DNA from: a virus
Lineage: Duplodnaviria > Caudoviricetes
Length of the DNA: 64,000 nucleotides
Virus record (IMG/VR): IMGVR_UViG_3300026505_000002
Location: 4,055 to 68,054 of that record
Strand: one strand, 5' to 3'
Made by a program: the position numbers and the translations under genes. The number at the start of each line of letters is the position of its first letter. Position 1 is the first letter of the stretch. This document shows, piece after piece, positions 1 through 8,523 of this stretch. The notes beneath the pieces are model-generated. The model had not been told where the DNA came from. It searched no databases and saw only the letters and a list, made by a program, of their open reading frames with translations.

Positions 1-66
1 GCATTTGACCGTCTAATCTGATTAGTGATCTGTTGCTTGGGTAAAATTTAATTGTTTTCATGTTAT

Positions 67-99
67 TATTATCCATTAGTATTCGTATTTAGTTTGTAA
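67..99 (-). promoter_or_regulatory. class I (early) phage promoter motif, copy 1
   Basis: TTACAAACTAAATACGA-N8-GGATAATA. Confidence 0.75.
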
Positions 100-260
100 T
101 CTTTTATTAATTGTCTTACTTCTGCACCTAGCTCTTGGTTGTTAGGGTATTCTTTAGCTAGTTCTTTAACTACTAGTGCAAAAGTTGCTAGTAAAGACTT
201 TTCATCTTCTACTTTTTGTAGTTCTTTATCTATAAAATCCCACTCTCTATCTCTATTCAT
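69..260 (-). CDS. small early hypothetical protein (likely start MNRDREW at 260; track start 269)
   Basis: ORF track; its 3' end reads through a class I promoter motif (YKLNTNTNG*). Confidence 0.7.
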   Translation of the reverse strand: MNRDREWDFIDKELQKVEDEKSLLATFALVVKELAKEYPNNQELGAEVRQLIKDYKLNTNTNG

Positions 261-423
261 TATCTGCATTTAATTCTATTATTAATTCACCTTCGTATAT
301 TTTTCTAGCTAGATTTAGTGAGTATGTCCACTTCTGCCACTCTGTTCCACATTTCTGTGTCCAACCGTAGATACCATCCTGTATATCATTAGCGATTGCT
401 TCAATTGCTTTTTGTTCTGTCAT
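253..423 (-). CDS. 56-aa early hypothetical protein MTEQKAIEAIANDIQDGIYGW... (below track cutoff)
   Basis: hand translation: ATG at 423, no internal stop, TAG at 253-255; fills the gap between neighbours. Confidence 0.7.
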   Translation of the reverse strand: MTEQKAIEAIANDIQDGIYGWTQKCGTEWQKWTYSLNLARKIYEGELIIELNADNE

Positions 424-427
424 ATTA

Positions 428-649
428 TTATTTTAAATCTTCATTAGTCATTGGTTGAAATAGTTCACTTTTCATATACTTTACTATCTTTACAGTCATT
501 TCATTGAATAAATTCATGTAAGCATCATTAGTTTCTGGAAAGTTTTCATGTTCTTGTAGTTCATATTCTAGCTCGTTAGCTAGTTTTTCGTATAGTGAGT
601 CAACTACTCTCCAAGTAATCTCGTCTTTTTCTTCGTTAGTTAGTTTCAT
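428..649 (-). CDS. small acidic early hypothetical protein
   Basis: ORF track; tight packing with neighbours. Confidence 0.7.
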   Translation of the reverse strand: MKLTNEEKDEITWRVVDSLYEKLANELEYELQEHENFPETNDAYMNLFNEMTVKIVKYMKSELFQPMTNEDLK

Positions 650-650
650 A

Positions 651-815
651 TTATTTAAATATTGGTAATATTACTTGCATGAATACATCTTTTAATACTA
701 TAGCCATTGTAGGTATCCATATAGCTAAGAATATAGTAGTCATAATAGTAGCATATATTTTTAACATTTTTTCTTCGACCGCTTTGATCGCTATTAATTT
801 AATTGCTTTAATCAT
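651..815 (-). CDS. 54-aa predicted membrane peptide MIKAIKLIAIKAVEEKMLKIYATIMTTIFLAIWIPTMAIV...
   Basis: hand translation; hydrophobic stretch; start overlaps the upstream stop. Confidence 0.6.
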   Translation of the reverse strand: MIKAIKLIAIKAVEEKMLKIYATIMTTIFLAIWIPTMAIVLKDVFMQVILPIFK

Positions 816-1056
816 TGTTGTTTAATTTAGTTAGTAATTCGTCTATTTCATCATAGTTGAAAGTAGAATAGACTTTATCTACTTCCGACTGTACATAGTT
901 GTACGTAAATTCTTTCATTGAAACACCGAACAGTGAGACAACTAGATCGCGAGGTGAATAGCCATAAGGAGATTTATGTTTGTTGTAGATCATGAGTTTG
1001 ATACTACCATCACCGTAATTGATTGCTGTTAAGTTGTCTGTGTTTATATATTTCAT
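808..1056 (-). CDS. early hypothetical protein (likely start MKYINT at 1056)
   Basis: ORF track start 1071 lies inside the promoter motif, so the downstream ATG is preferred. Confidence 0.65.
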   Translation of the reverse strand: MKYINTDNLTAINYGDGSIKLMIYNKHKSPYGYSPRDLVVSLFGVSMKEFTYNYVQSEVDKVYSTFNYDEIDELLTKLNNND

Positions 1057-1061
1057 ATTGT

Positions 1062-1094
1062 TATTATCCATCTCTCGTCGTATTTAGTTTGTAA
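1062..1094 (-). promoter_or_regulatory. class I promoter motif, copy 2
   Basis: TTACAAACTAAATACGA-N8-GGATAATA. Confidence 0.75.
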
Positions 1095-1248
1095 TTAGTT
1101 GTACTTTATATATTACTTCTTCCATTACTATTCCTAATTCTTCCATGAAATCTCTCATCTCATCGCAAATATAGTTTTTATCGTTAGTTAAATATAGTGG
1201 TTCTTCAATGTCACCATAGTATATTTCAAATTCATAGTTATCTATCAT
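1084..1248 (-). CDS. 54-aa acidic early protein MIDNYEFEIYYGDIEEP...
   Basis: hand translation; stop codon lies within a class I promoter motif (ATTACAAACTAA). Confidence 0.65.
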   Translation of the reverse strand: MIDNYEFEIYYGDIEEPLYLTNDKNYICDEMRDFMEELGIVMEEVIYKVQLITN

Positions 1249-1261
1249 ATTTATTTGTTTA

Positions 1262-1477
1262 TTAGTTATTATTTTTATAGTTTAAAATTCCTAGTTCTTC
1301 ACATAGCTTATCAGTTTCACTTTGATAACCTTCTTGTTTCCAAAAAGGAGCTAACCACTTAGGATTATTCATCATCTCATCGTGACACCATTGTTTCTCG
1401 TTATCACCGAGTTGATAGTAGTGCATGTCAAATTCTGACATTGCTACTTTGTCGATTGTAGTATTTAGATTGTTCAT
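1262..1477 (-). CDS. early hypothetical protein
   Basis: ORF track; ATGA-type overlap with the upstream gene. Confidence 0.7.
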   Translation of the reverse strand: MNNLNTTIDKVAMSEFDMHYYQLGDNEKQWCHDEMMNNPKWLAPFWKQEGYQSETDKLCEELGILNYKNNN

Positions 1478-1674
1478 AATACTTGATCTAGTAGTTCATA
1501 AACATCATCTTGTTGAGATTTACTTAATGTCATGAAGACACCGTTAGCTTCTCCGGGATAATTGAGAACGTGGTTTATACATTGCTGAGTGAGTTCAGCT
1601 TGATTTACTGTTTTAGCCATTTCGTCAAAAGCTTTTGACCAAGACCAGTTTGAAGGGTTATTTGAATTATACAT
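1474..1674 (-). CDS. early hypothetical protein
   Basis: ORF track; directly downstream of the class I promoter at 1701-1733. Confidence 0.7.
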   Translation of the reverse strand: MYNSNNPSNWSWSKAFDEMAKTVNQAELTQQCINHVLNYPGEANGVFMTLSKSQQDDVYELLDQVL

Positions 1675-1700
1675 AGTTATTTATTTTAATTAGTTTATAT

Positions 1701-1733
1701 TATTATCCAACGACTATCGTTGTTTGTTTGTAA
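1701..1733 (-). promoter_or_regulatory. class I promoter motif, copy 3 (variant)
   Basis: TTACAAACAAACAACGA-N8-GGATAATA. Confidence 0.7.
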
Positions 1734-1774
1734 CCGAGTGAGAAATCGAATCTCACTTCCAACCATTTCGGCTA
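1730..1774 (-). ncRNA. tRNA-like mini-element (acceptor stem + T-arm, no anticodon arm)
   Basis: minus strand TAGCCGA-AATGGTTGGAA-GTGAGA-TTCGATT-TCTCAC-TCGGTTA-C: 7-bp acceptor-like stem, TTCGATT T-loop, D-loop-like AATGG; no CCA. Confidence 0.6.
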
Positions 1775-1843
1775 TGTGCTTAGTCATATGTTCGTTATAT
1801 TTATACTCTCTAAAGTATGACTATCAACTAAGAGTTTAGTTTG

Positions 1844-2080
1844 TTAAGATATTTCACTTAATTCTCTACAGAATTTTGGAACAGTATTACTATTTGTATA
1901 AGATTTGTACTGTTGAAAACAAGGCATTGACTCGAATTTTTCTTGAAATGATGAGTATATTTCATCGTGATCATAAGTAAAAGTTATATCTTTTTTGTTA
2001 GTGAAAGTGATTACTGTTGAAGTTCCGAGTAATGATTTTCTGATTACAAATCTTTTTGTTGTTAAGTTATTAGTTTTCAT
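1844..2080 (-). CDS. early hypothetical protein
   Basis: ORF track; downstream of the class I promoter at 2112-2144. Confidence 0.75.
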   Translation of the reverse strand: MKTNNLTTKRFVIRKSLLGTSTVITFTNKKDITFTYDHDEIYSSFQEKFESMPCFQQYKSYTNSNTVPKFCRELSEIS

Positions 2081-2111
2081 AGTTATTATATTTATTTTGT
2101 TTAGTTTATAT

Positions 2112-2144
2112 TATTATCCAGTTAATGTCGTATTTAGTTTGTAA
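2112..2144 (-). promoter_or_regulatory. class I promoter motif, copy 4
   Basis: TTACAAACTAAATACGA-N8-GGATAATA. Confidence 0.75.
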
Positions 2145-2369
2145 TTAATATTTGTTATTTATAAAGTTTATTAGTTGATTATTTAATTTATTTGTTAAGT
2201 AGTTTTGGTCGTCAATTAGATAATTTATAATATTAAAGTTTATATATTGTTTAGTTATATTTAAAGTTTGGTTTAAGTTTTTAATAAAAATAGTATAGTT
2301 AATATTATTATAATTTTTGTTATTTGATGTAAAAGTTTTTAATGTTATATTAGTTATTTTAAATTGCAT
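2145..2369 (-). CDS. extremely AT-rich N/I/K-rich early hypothetical protein
   Basis: ORF track; downstream of the class I promoter at 2396-2428. Confidence 0.55.
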   Translation of the reverse strand: MQFKITNITLKTFTSNNKNYNNINYTIFIKNLNQTLNITKQYINFNIINYLIDDQNYLTNKLNNQLINFINNKY

Positions 2370-2395
2370 AGTATATATTTTAGTTTATTTATATA

Positions 2396-2428
2396 TATTA
2401 TCCGAGTATAGTCGTATTTAGTTTGTGA
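2396..2428 (-). promoter_or_regulatory. class I promoter motif, copy 5
   Basis: TCACAAACTAAATACGA-N8-GGATAATA. Confidence 0.75.
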
Positions 2429-2496
2429 AGGTGTAACTTAGTTTATTAGTTAAAATTAGTTGAGAAGTGTTACACATGTCATCTCAATTATTTACA

Positions 2497-2625
2497 TTAA
2501 ATACCATTAAATGATATGTAATTTATTACTCCATATTCTACTATCATATATATTACTGTAGAAATAAATGATACGAGTGATATTTTTAATATTGTTAGTT
2601 CAATGTTTTTAGTTAAAGTTTTCAT
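2497..2625 (-). CDS. 42-aa predicted membrane peptide MKTLTKNIELTILKISLVSFISTVIYMIVEYGVINYISFNGI
   Basis: hand translation; first ORF downstream of the class I promoter at 2659-2691. Confidence 0.5.
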   Translation of the reverse strand: MKTLTKNIELTILKISLVSFISTVIYMIVEYGVINYISFNGI

Positions 2626-2658
2626 AGTTATATTATTATTAATTTTTATTTACATTTA

Positions 2659-2691
2659 TATTATCCAATGTAAGTCGTAATTAGTATGTAC
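2659..2691 (-). promoter_or_regulatory. class I promoter motif, copy 6 (variant, most upstream of the early arm)
   Basis: GTACATACTAATTACGA-N8-GGATAATA. Confidence 0.65.
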
Positions 2692-2854
2692 AAATATATA
2701 TAACATAGACACAATAATATATTAAAGAAATGTCATATATAACAATTAAATTATATAAAACAACGGGGACCCGCAATTATATATTTCATTTTATTATTTA
2801 CACAACATTATATTGTGGTGGCGCTACCCTCAACTTCAATATTTCTAATATATA

Positions 2855-2904
2855 GTGACATTAGCCCCTTAAAGCTACTTAATAACAGGTAAGTGTCACC
2901 CTAT
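2855..2904. promoter_or_regulatory. bipartite inverted-repeat element, copy A (putative operator or origin site)
   Basis: GTGACATTAGCCCCTTA-N22-TGTCACCCTAT; near-identical arms recur at 59911-59959. Confidence 0.6.
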
Positions 2905-2910
2905 TATAGG

Positions 2911-2944
2911 GTAAATAACATAAAATACAAGTGAATTACTAATA
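2911..2944 (+). promoter_or_regulatory. class II promoter-like motif (degenerate) heading the late arm
   Basis: GTAAA...GTGAATTACTAATA; G-to-G spacing 20 nt, as in the other copies. Confidence 0.4.
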
Positions 2945-3027
2945 GTGTACGCGATGGATAAGCGACATAAACTAAATAGGATTAAAAAACAAACTATAAC
3001 ATAGATTATAGATAAATAATATACGAC

Positions 3028-4104
3028 ATGGAATCACCATTAGAAAAAAGAAGAAGAAAAGCTAAGAAAGCGGCTAAAGCTGCTATCAAAGCTGCTAAAA
3101 AATCTGCAAAAGCTAGCGTTAAGACTGCTAGAAAAGCGGACAAGGCCGACAGAAAAGCTGATAGAGCTGATAAGAAGGCAGACAGAAAAGACAAGAGAGC
3201 TACAAAGAAAGCTACAAGAGAAGAAAAAAAGTCTTTACAACCTGTTAAAGCGGGTAAAGCTAAGAGAAAAGCAAAACAAGCTGCAAGAAAAACTAAAAGA
3301 AACGAAGTTAAAGAGGCTCGTCAAGATAAAAGAGCAACTAAAAAGGAAGCTAGAAAAACTAAACGACAAGAAAACAAGTCTGAAAGAAAAGAAGCTAGAG
3401 CATCAAAGAAAGAAGTACGAGCTGCAAGACTAAGAGGAGAAATTACTAAAGACGAAGCTAAAGCTAAAAGAAAAGACATCCGTAAAACTAGAAAAGACGC
3501 TGTTAAAGAAAACAGAGAAGAGAAAAAAGCTGCTAGAAAAGGAGCAAGAGAAGAAATGAGGTCTAAAAGAAAAGATGCTAAGGCTAAAAAGAAAACAAGA
3601 ATAAAATTAGCTAGAGCTAAAAAGACAGGTGAATCTACTAAAAAGGTAGATGTACAAGAAACAAAGCTAACTGATGCGCAAAAAGCTAAGAACACAGCTA
3701 CAAAAGCCAAAAAAGCAGCAGAAGCAGCTAAGGAAGCTAAGCCAGCAGCTAAGCCAGCACCAAAACCATCAGAAGCTCCAAAGCCAAAAGGAGAACCAGT
3801 TATAAAAAAGGATGCTACTAAAAAAGCAGCTCCAGTAGCAGCGTCGGCTAAAGCTGAAGTTAAGTCTGAGGCTGTCAACAAGAAGGCAGGAGCAACTGTA
3901 GCAGGAGCATCGATGTATAGCAAGGGAACATCTATGATGAGAGCAGGGATGAAAGGACCATCTATGGGTGGCAAAATTCAATATGGTGCTCAATCAGGAA
4001 TGAACATGGGAAAATATGCTAAAGGAAACGGTAAACCAGCTATGTACAAAGGACCTAGCATGATTCTTACTAAGCATATGAAAACAAGATCAGGTAATAA
4101 GTAG
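3028..4104 (+). CDS. Lys/Ala/Arg-rich histone-H1-like basic protein
   Basis: KKAAKAAIKAAKK and KADRKAD-type low-complexity repeats, PAPKP linker, Met/Gly-rich C-terminus. Confidence 0.6.
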   Translation: MESPLEKRRRKAKKAAKAAIKAAKKSAKASVKTARKADKADRKADRADKKADRKDKRATKKATREEKKSLQPVKAGKAKRKAKQAARKTKRNEVKEARQDKRATKKEARKTKRQENKSERKEARASKKEVRAARLRGEITKDEAKAKRKDIRKTRKDAVKENREEKKAARKGAREEMRSKRKDAKAKKKTRIKLARAKKTGESTKKVDVQETKLTDAQKAKNTATKAKKAAEAAKEAKPAAKPAPKPSEAPKPKGEPVIKKDATKKAAPVAASAKAEVKSEAVNKKAGATVAGASMYSKGTSMMRAGMKGPSMGGKIQYGAQSGMNMGKYAKGNGKPAMYKGPSMILTKHMKTRSGNK

Positions 4105-4107
4105 ATC

Positions 4108-4614
4108 TTGGCTGTCATATATTCTTATCCATTAAAGACTACGCCACTAGGGGATGATCGCATGATCATCTCCGATATGGCAGATGATGCACGTACGAAG
4201 CAATTAAAGCTAACAGACTTAAAAACTTTAATAAATACTACATACACATTGACCGCTACTGATGCTAACACAGGTACTCAAGGCGGTGAAGTAGATTTAA
4301 AGTTAACAGATAACGAAGGAGGAGTAGATACTATAAAGTTAAAAGGAAAAGGAAATTTTATAGATATTTCTCAAACAGTAACTAACCGAGTAGACTTTGA
4401 AGTTGTTAATATACCAACAGATGCTAACTTTATTTTTACTCAAAGTATACCTTCTGATACTTGGAGCATAGTTCACAACTTAGGTAAATTTTGCTCTGTA
4501 GAAGTGGTTAGTGACTCTAACGTTATCAAATACGGAAACGTAACATATACAGATTCAAACAAATTAACAATAACATTTAGCGCACCTTTTTCAGGTAAGG
4601 CGTATTTAAACTAA
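4108..4614 (+). CDS. virion structural protein (fibre-associated), TTG start
   Basis: TWSIVHNLGK motif typical of phage fibre-associated beta domains; position in the structural cluster. Confidence 0.6.
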   Translation: MAVIYSYPLKTTPLGDDRMIISDMADDARTKQLKLTDLKTLINTTYTLTATDANTGTQGGEVDLKLTDNEGGVDTIKLKGKGNFIDISQTVTNRVDFEVVNIPTDANFIFTQSIPSDTWSIVHNLGKFCSVEVVSDSNVIKYGNVTYTDSNKLTITFSAPFSGKAYLN

Positions 4615-4619
4615 ACGAA

Positions 4620-5903
4620 ATGGCAATAAATTTTTTAGACAACTTAGACTTAAACGCTAATCAATTACTTGATGCTAAGCTACAGGTAGATAGTACTGCG
4701 CCAACAGCAACGGAAGGTAAGATATGGTTCGATTCAGGATCCGCAAAAGCATTTAAGTATTATAACGGAACTCGTTGGGTAGACCCAGCAGCAAGTGGAG
4801 CAACGTATACACTACCAGCAGCTCTTGTAAATAGCGGGCAAGCGAAAATAACTCTTACAGGTAGTGATGGTACTACTGATGATGTGTTTTTTCAAACTAC
4901 AACTTCAAATACTACTGGTACAGGTGGTTTAGCTTTAACAGGTAACTCTAATAGTATAACTTATAATATTAATTATGCAGGTAGCTCAGGTGGATATAAC
5001 AATGTTATAAATGCAGCTACTACTTCAACTGCTTCTTCAGGTCAAGGTTATATCATTAGAACTAATGGTGACAGTACTACATCACAAGAGGTTGTTAAGA
5101 CTAAGATGAGTGATATACCATTAAGTAATTTTGGTACTCCAACTGCTAATATAAGCTTTAACAGTAAAAAAATAACAAACTTATTAGATCCAACAGCTGC
5201 TCAAGATGTAGCTACTAAAGCTTATGTTGATGCTTCATCGGCTGGTTCAGGTGCTTTAATATTTCAAGGCGGCTATAATGCTGCTACTAATACGCCTGAT
5301 CTTGATTCAAGTCCATCAGCAAGTATTAAACAAGGTTGGGTATACGTAGTAACAGCTGCTGGTAACTTCTTTACAGAGGTTGTTGAAGTAGGTGATCTAC
5401 TTATAGCAGACTCAGATTCTCCAACAGCTTTAACAGACTGGGTTACTGTACAGAATAACATTGGGCTAGCTACAACAACTGTTCCTGGTATAGCAAGTTT
5501 TTCAGCTACTAATTTTAATGTATCACAAGCAGGTGCAGTTTCTATTAAAAATACAGGTGTAACTGCAGGCATATATGGTAGTGCTTCTTCAGTACCAAGA
5601 TTTACTGTTAGTTCAACTGGCCAAATATCAGCAGTAGCTACTCAAAGTATTTATGGTAGTTCTGATTTTGCTAGTAATGTTGGATTACAAGTTGCAGCTA
5701 GACAAAAAGTATTAACTAGTTCAAATGCTACTACCCATACATTTACTCATAACTTTGGAACTTACAATGTTACTTGTGAGTTGTATGATACTTCATCTAA
5801 AGAAACAGTATTTGCTTCTATAGATAGAACAAGCACTAATGCAGTAGTAGCTACAACAAGCACGGCTCAAAGCTTAACAGCATTAATTCAAAAAATGGGA
5901 TAA
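4620..5903 (+). CDS. tail fibre/head fibre-like structural protein
   Basis: Thr/Ser/Gly-rich; ITNLLDPTAAQDVATKAYVD fibre repeat; THNFGT C-terminal domain. Confidence 0.7.
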   Translation: MAINFLDNLDLNANQLLDAKLQVDSTAPTATEGKIWFDSGSAKAFKYYNGTRWVDPAASGATYTLPAALVNSGQAKITLTGSDGTTDDVFFQTTTSNTTGTGGLALTGNSNSITYNINYAGSSGGYNNVINAATTSTASSGQGYIIRTNGDSTTSQEVVKTKMSDIPLSNFGTPTANISFNSKKITNLLDPTAAQDVATKAYVDASSAGSGALIFQGGYNAATNTPDLDSSPSASIKQGWVYVVTAAGNFFTEVVEVGDLLIADSDSPTALTDWVTVQNNIGLATTTVPGIASFSATNFNVSQAGAVSIKNTGVTAGIYGSASSVPRFTVSSTGQISAVATQSIYGSSDFASNVGLQVAARQKVLTSSNATTHTFTHNFGTYNVTCELYDTSSKETVFASIDRTSTNAVVATTSTAQSLTALIQKMG

Positions 5904-5924
5904 TATAAAACAAAATTAAATTAA

Positions 5925-7697
5925 ATGGCTATAAATTTTTTAGATACAATAACGGTCAATAGCGGTACTGGTTCTGCTTCTACTATAATTGCCACCGGTG
6001 TTAGACCTGTAACAATTACAGGAGGCGCTATTGGAAGTGTAGCTATAGGTGGAAGTAGCGGTGGATGGGCTACTGGTTATTTGTTTACAGGTTATAGTGG
6101 AACAAATAGAGGAGGTTTTGGAGCTTTTGGTGGTGGAGATTCATTAACTTATTATTACATAGGTGATGCTTACAATGACACTACAATGGTTGTGCAACCA
6201 AATGCCGGTAATGTTGGTATTGGAACTACTAGTCCAACAGCTAAATTGGATGTTAATGGAGACACGATTGTTAGAGGTAATGTAGGTATAAATGGAGCTA
6301 CTTCAATAGATTCACCTCTTGATATAGCCGCGGCTTCAACAGGTAATAATGCTTTGTTTCAAAAATGGTATTACTCTCCAAATGCTGAGACATATAATTT
6401 ACAGCTAAAACAAACAGTAACGGCTGGCGTTGTTAGGTATAACTTTTCAATGGTGAATAATAGCACAGCATACAATGATGTTTTAGTTCTTGACAGAGGT
6501 AACGTAGGTATTGGAACTACTAGTCCTAGTGACGGTGACTTAACAATAGGCACACCTAAACTTCATGTTGCTGTTGGAGGTACATCTGGTACTTTTAACT
6601 TAGCTGCTAGGTTTCAAAGTACTACATCTGATGCTGATAACACTGGTACTTCAATACTTATTAATAGTTCAAACGATAGAGGTTTATTAATAAAAGCTGG
6701 AAGAAAAGATGGCGATAGAGAAGTTGCATATTTTGACGTAGTTACATCAGTTGGTAATACAACTAATATGCTTACAATGGGTAAGTTTAGTTCTGCTTAT
6801 AATGTTGGTATTGGAACTAATACTCCAAGTCAAAAACTTACCGTTGCTGGCACAATAATGTCTACAGCTACTAGCAATCCAACGTTGATATTACAAGACA
6901 CAACACATAGTGATATAACCATAAAAGGTGATTCAGGTACTTTCTCTGTTTCAAACGCTAATGTTGGACAAAACATTACTATGCTTTACAATGGCAGCGT
7001 AGGTATAGGAACCACTAGTCCAAGTGCTAAGCTACATGTAACTGGTGGATACTTAAGATTAGAAGGTGTAGGATGTGGTATACAAATGCCTGATACTTCA
7101 GGAAATCCTCTATTGGCTATAACTACAGATCAAAACACGTTTGCTGGTTGTAATATTGTAAATGGGTGGGGTAATAGCTCAAACACTGGAGTTGGTGTAG
7201 GTACTACTAGAAGTGATGGAACTGCATTTCAAGTGAAAACTGGAGTTACATTAAGTGCTGGACTTGCTACTAATAGTGGTACTCAAAGACTTATAGTTTA
7301 TGGAAGTGGAGGAACTAAATTAACAAAGTCTTTAGGAGTTGGCACTTCAAACCCATCAAATACAACCGGTAGAATAGATGCTTCAAATGATATAGTTGCT
7401 TATTCTAGTTCTGATATTAGATTAAAAGATAACATTAAAAGTATTGACAAAGCTTTAGACAAGGTAAATAAAATACAAGGTATAGAGTTTGATTGGATAG
7501 AAAAAGAAGAAGTCCATGGCAACAGTGGACATGACGTAGGTGTAATAGCTCAAGAAATAGAAAAAGTATTACCAGAAGTTGTAGATACTAGAGACAATGG
7601 CTACAAAGCTGTTAAGTATGAAAAGTTAGTTCCATTATTAATAGAAGCTATAAAGGACTTATCAAAACAAGTTGATGGCTTGAAAAGATTAATATAA
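5925..7697 (+). CDS. tail fibre with C-terminal peptidase S74-type intramolecular chaperone
   Basis: six GNVGIGTTSP-like repeats; SSDIRLKDNI...GVIAQEIEKVLPEVV...YEKLVPLLIEAIKDL. Confidence 0.85.
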   Translation: MAINFLDTITVNSGTGSASTIIATGVRPVTITGGAIGSVAIGGSSGGWATGYLFTGYSGTNRGGFGAFGGGDSLTYYYIGDAYNDTTMVVQPNAGNVGIGTTSPTAKLDVNGDTIVRGNVGINGATSIDSPLDIAAASTGNNALFQKWYYSPNAETYNLQLKQTVTAGVVRYNFSMVNNSTAYNDVLVLDRGNVGIGTTSPSDGDLTIGTPKLHVAVGGTSGTFNLAARFQSTTSDADNTGTSILINSSNDRGLLIKAGRKDGDREVAYFDVVTSVGNTTNMLTMGKFSSAYNVGIGTNTPSQKLTVAGTIMSTATSNPTLILQDTTHSDITIKGDSGTFSVSNANVGQNITMLYNGSVGIGTTSPSAKLHVTGGYLRLEGVGCGIQMPDTSGNPLLAITTDQNTFAGCNIVNGWGNSSNTGVGVGTTRSDGTAFQVKTGVTLSAGLATNSGTQRLIVYGSGGTKLTKSLGVGTSNPSNTTGRIDASNDIVAYSSSDIRLKDNIKSIDKALDKVNKIQGIEFDWIEKEEVHGNSGHDVGVIAQEIEKVLPEVVDTRDNGYKAVKYEKLVPLLIEAIKDLSKQVDGLKRLI

Positions 7698-8113
7698 TGG
7701 GTTTACCTAGTTCTGGTCAAATAAGTATTAATGATATAGCAACTGAGTTTGGCGTATCGTTATCTAACGTAGCTTTAAATGCTACACTAGGTACTTACGC
7801 TAGTAAGGCTTCAGGAGCAACTACAGCAATGTCGGACTTTTATGGTTTATCTAACTTAACTGCATTTAATTATAATTCTGAAGGACAAGAAGGAGGAGCA
7901 GGCGAAGCTTGTAGTTTAGAGGCCACAGAAGATACAGCATATCACAATGGTTCTGGTACATATCCTGATATAGATGATCTTGTATATGAGGATAGCAGTG
8001 GAGAAACAACACTTGAGTCGAATACATATAAGTATGACAATGGTGCACAAAAAGGAGGATTCATATATGTGAATGAAGATGGTGAGGTTGCAAATTTAGG
8101 AAACTGTAAGTAA
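7697..8113 (+). CDS. fibre-associated small structural protein
   Basis: MGLPSSGQISINDIATEF start; coupled to the S74 fibre gene. Confidence 0.6.
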   Translation: MGLPSSGQISINDIATEFGVSLSNVALNATLGTYASKASGATTAMSDFYGLSNLTAFNYNSEGQEGGAGEACSLEATEDTAYHNGSGTYPDIDDLVYEDSSGETTLESNTYKYDNGAQKGGFIYVNEDGEVANLGNCK

Positions 8114-8143
8114 AAAACATTAAGAAATGCGTGATTATATATA
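8110..8143 (+). promoter_or_regulatory. class II promoter motif
   Basis: GTAAA-N16-GTGATTATATATA. Confidence 0.55.
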
Positions 8144-8168
8144 TAAGATAATAACTAAAATAAAACAA

Positions 8169-8504
8169 ATGGCACATAAATCAAATTATATTGAAAAAGT
8201 AGAGCTAGAAAAAATAAAAGAGATACAAAGCAGAATAAGCAATATATCTATAAGTCTAGCTCAAATGTCTTTACATAAAGACGAATTAAAACAAGAGTTA
8301 AAAAAAGTAACTATTGAGCAAGAAAATTTAACTAAAATTCTTGAAAAGAAATACGGAAACGTTAACATAAGCCTAGCAGATGGCGAGTGGATTTCTAATA
8401 ATAAAAATAAAGAACCAGAAATAGACTTAGGAAAAGATCCATCATTTAATATGAGTTCAAGTTCAGGATCAGGATCAGGAGCTGGAAGAAACTGGGGAGG
8501 ATAA
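8169..8504 (+). CDS. coiled-coil protein with KYGxVNI..G motif (paralogue of 17625-17891)
   Basis: heptad pattern; LEKKYGNVNISLADGE; likely start MAHKS at 8169. Confidence 0.6.
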   Translation: MAHKSNYIEKVELEKIKEIQSRISNISISLAQMSLHKDELKQELKKVTIEQENLTKILEKKYGNVNISLADGEWISNNKNKEPEIDLGKDPSFNMSSSSGSGSGAGRNWGG

Positions 8505-8523
8505 TTAAATTAAATTAAATTAA

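Noticed and set aside
83-99. Plus-strand TAGTTTG as the Bacteroidota -7 promoter box
   Set aside because: It does not fit TAnnTTTG exactly and would point antisense to all adjacent genes
1730-1774. Complete tRNA gene
   Set aside because: Only 45 nt, with no anticodon arm, D-stem or CCA; no canonical tRNA or rRNA genes seen anywhere in the window
67-2691. Class I repeats as a CRISPR array or att sites
   Set aside because: Spacing is irregular (hundreds of nt to kb) and contains genes; the repeats are not palindromic; no cas genes or integrase
3006-3993. Antisense ORFs 3006-3194, 3321-3974 and 3769-3993
   Set aside because: Shadows of the K/A-rich gene's biased codons; the same applies to the other short antisense track ORFs overlapping long genes (e.g. 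5273, 9413, 10451, 40406, 43298, 45056, 49246)
6200-7360. GNVGIGTTSP repeats as a DGR template/variable repeat or DNA repeat system
   Set aside because: The repeats are protein-level with synonymous divergence; no reverse transcriptase and no adenine-specific TR/VR pair seen
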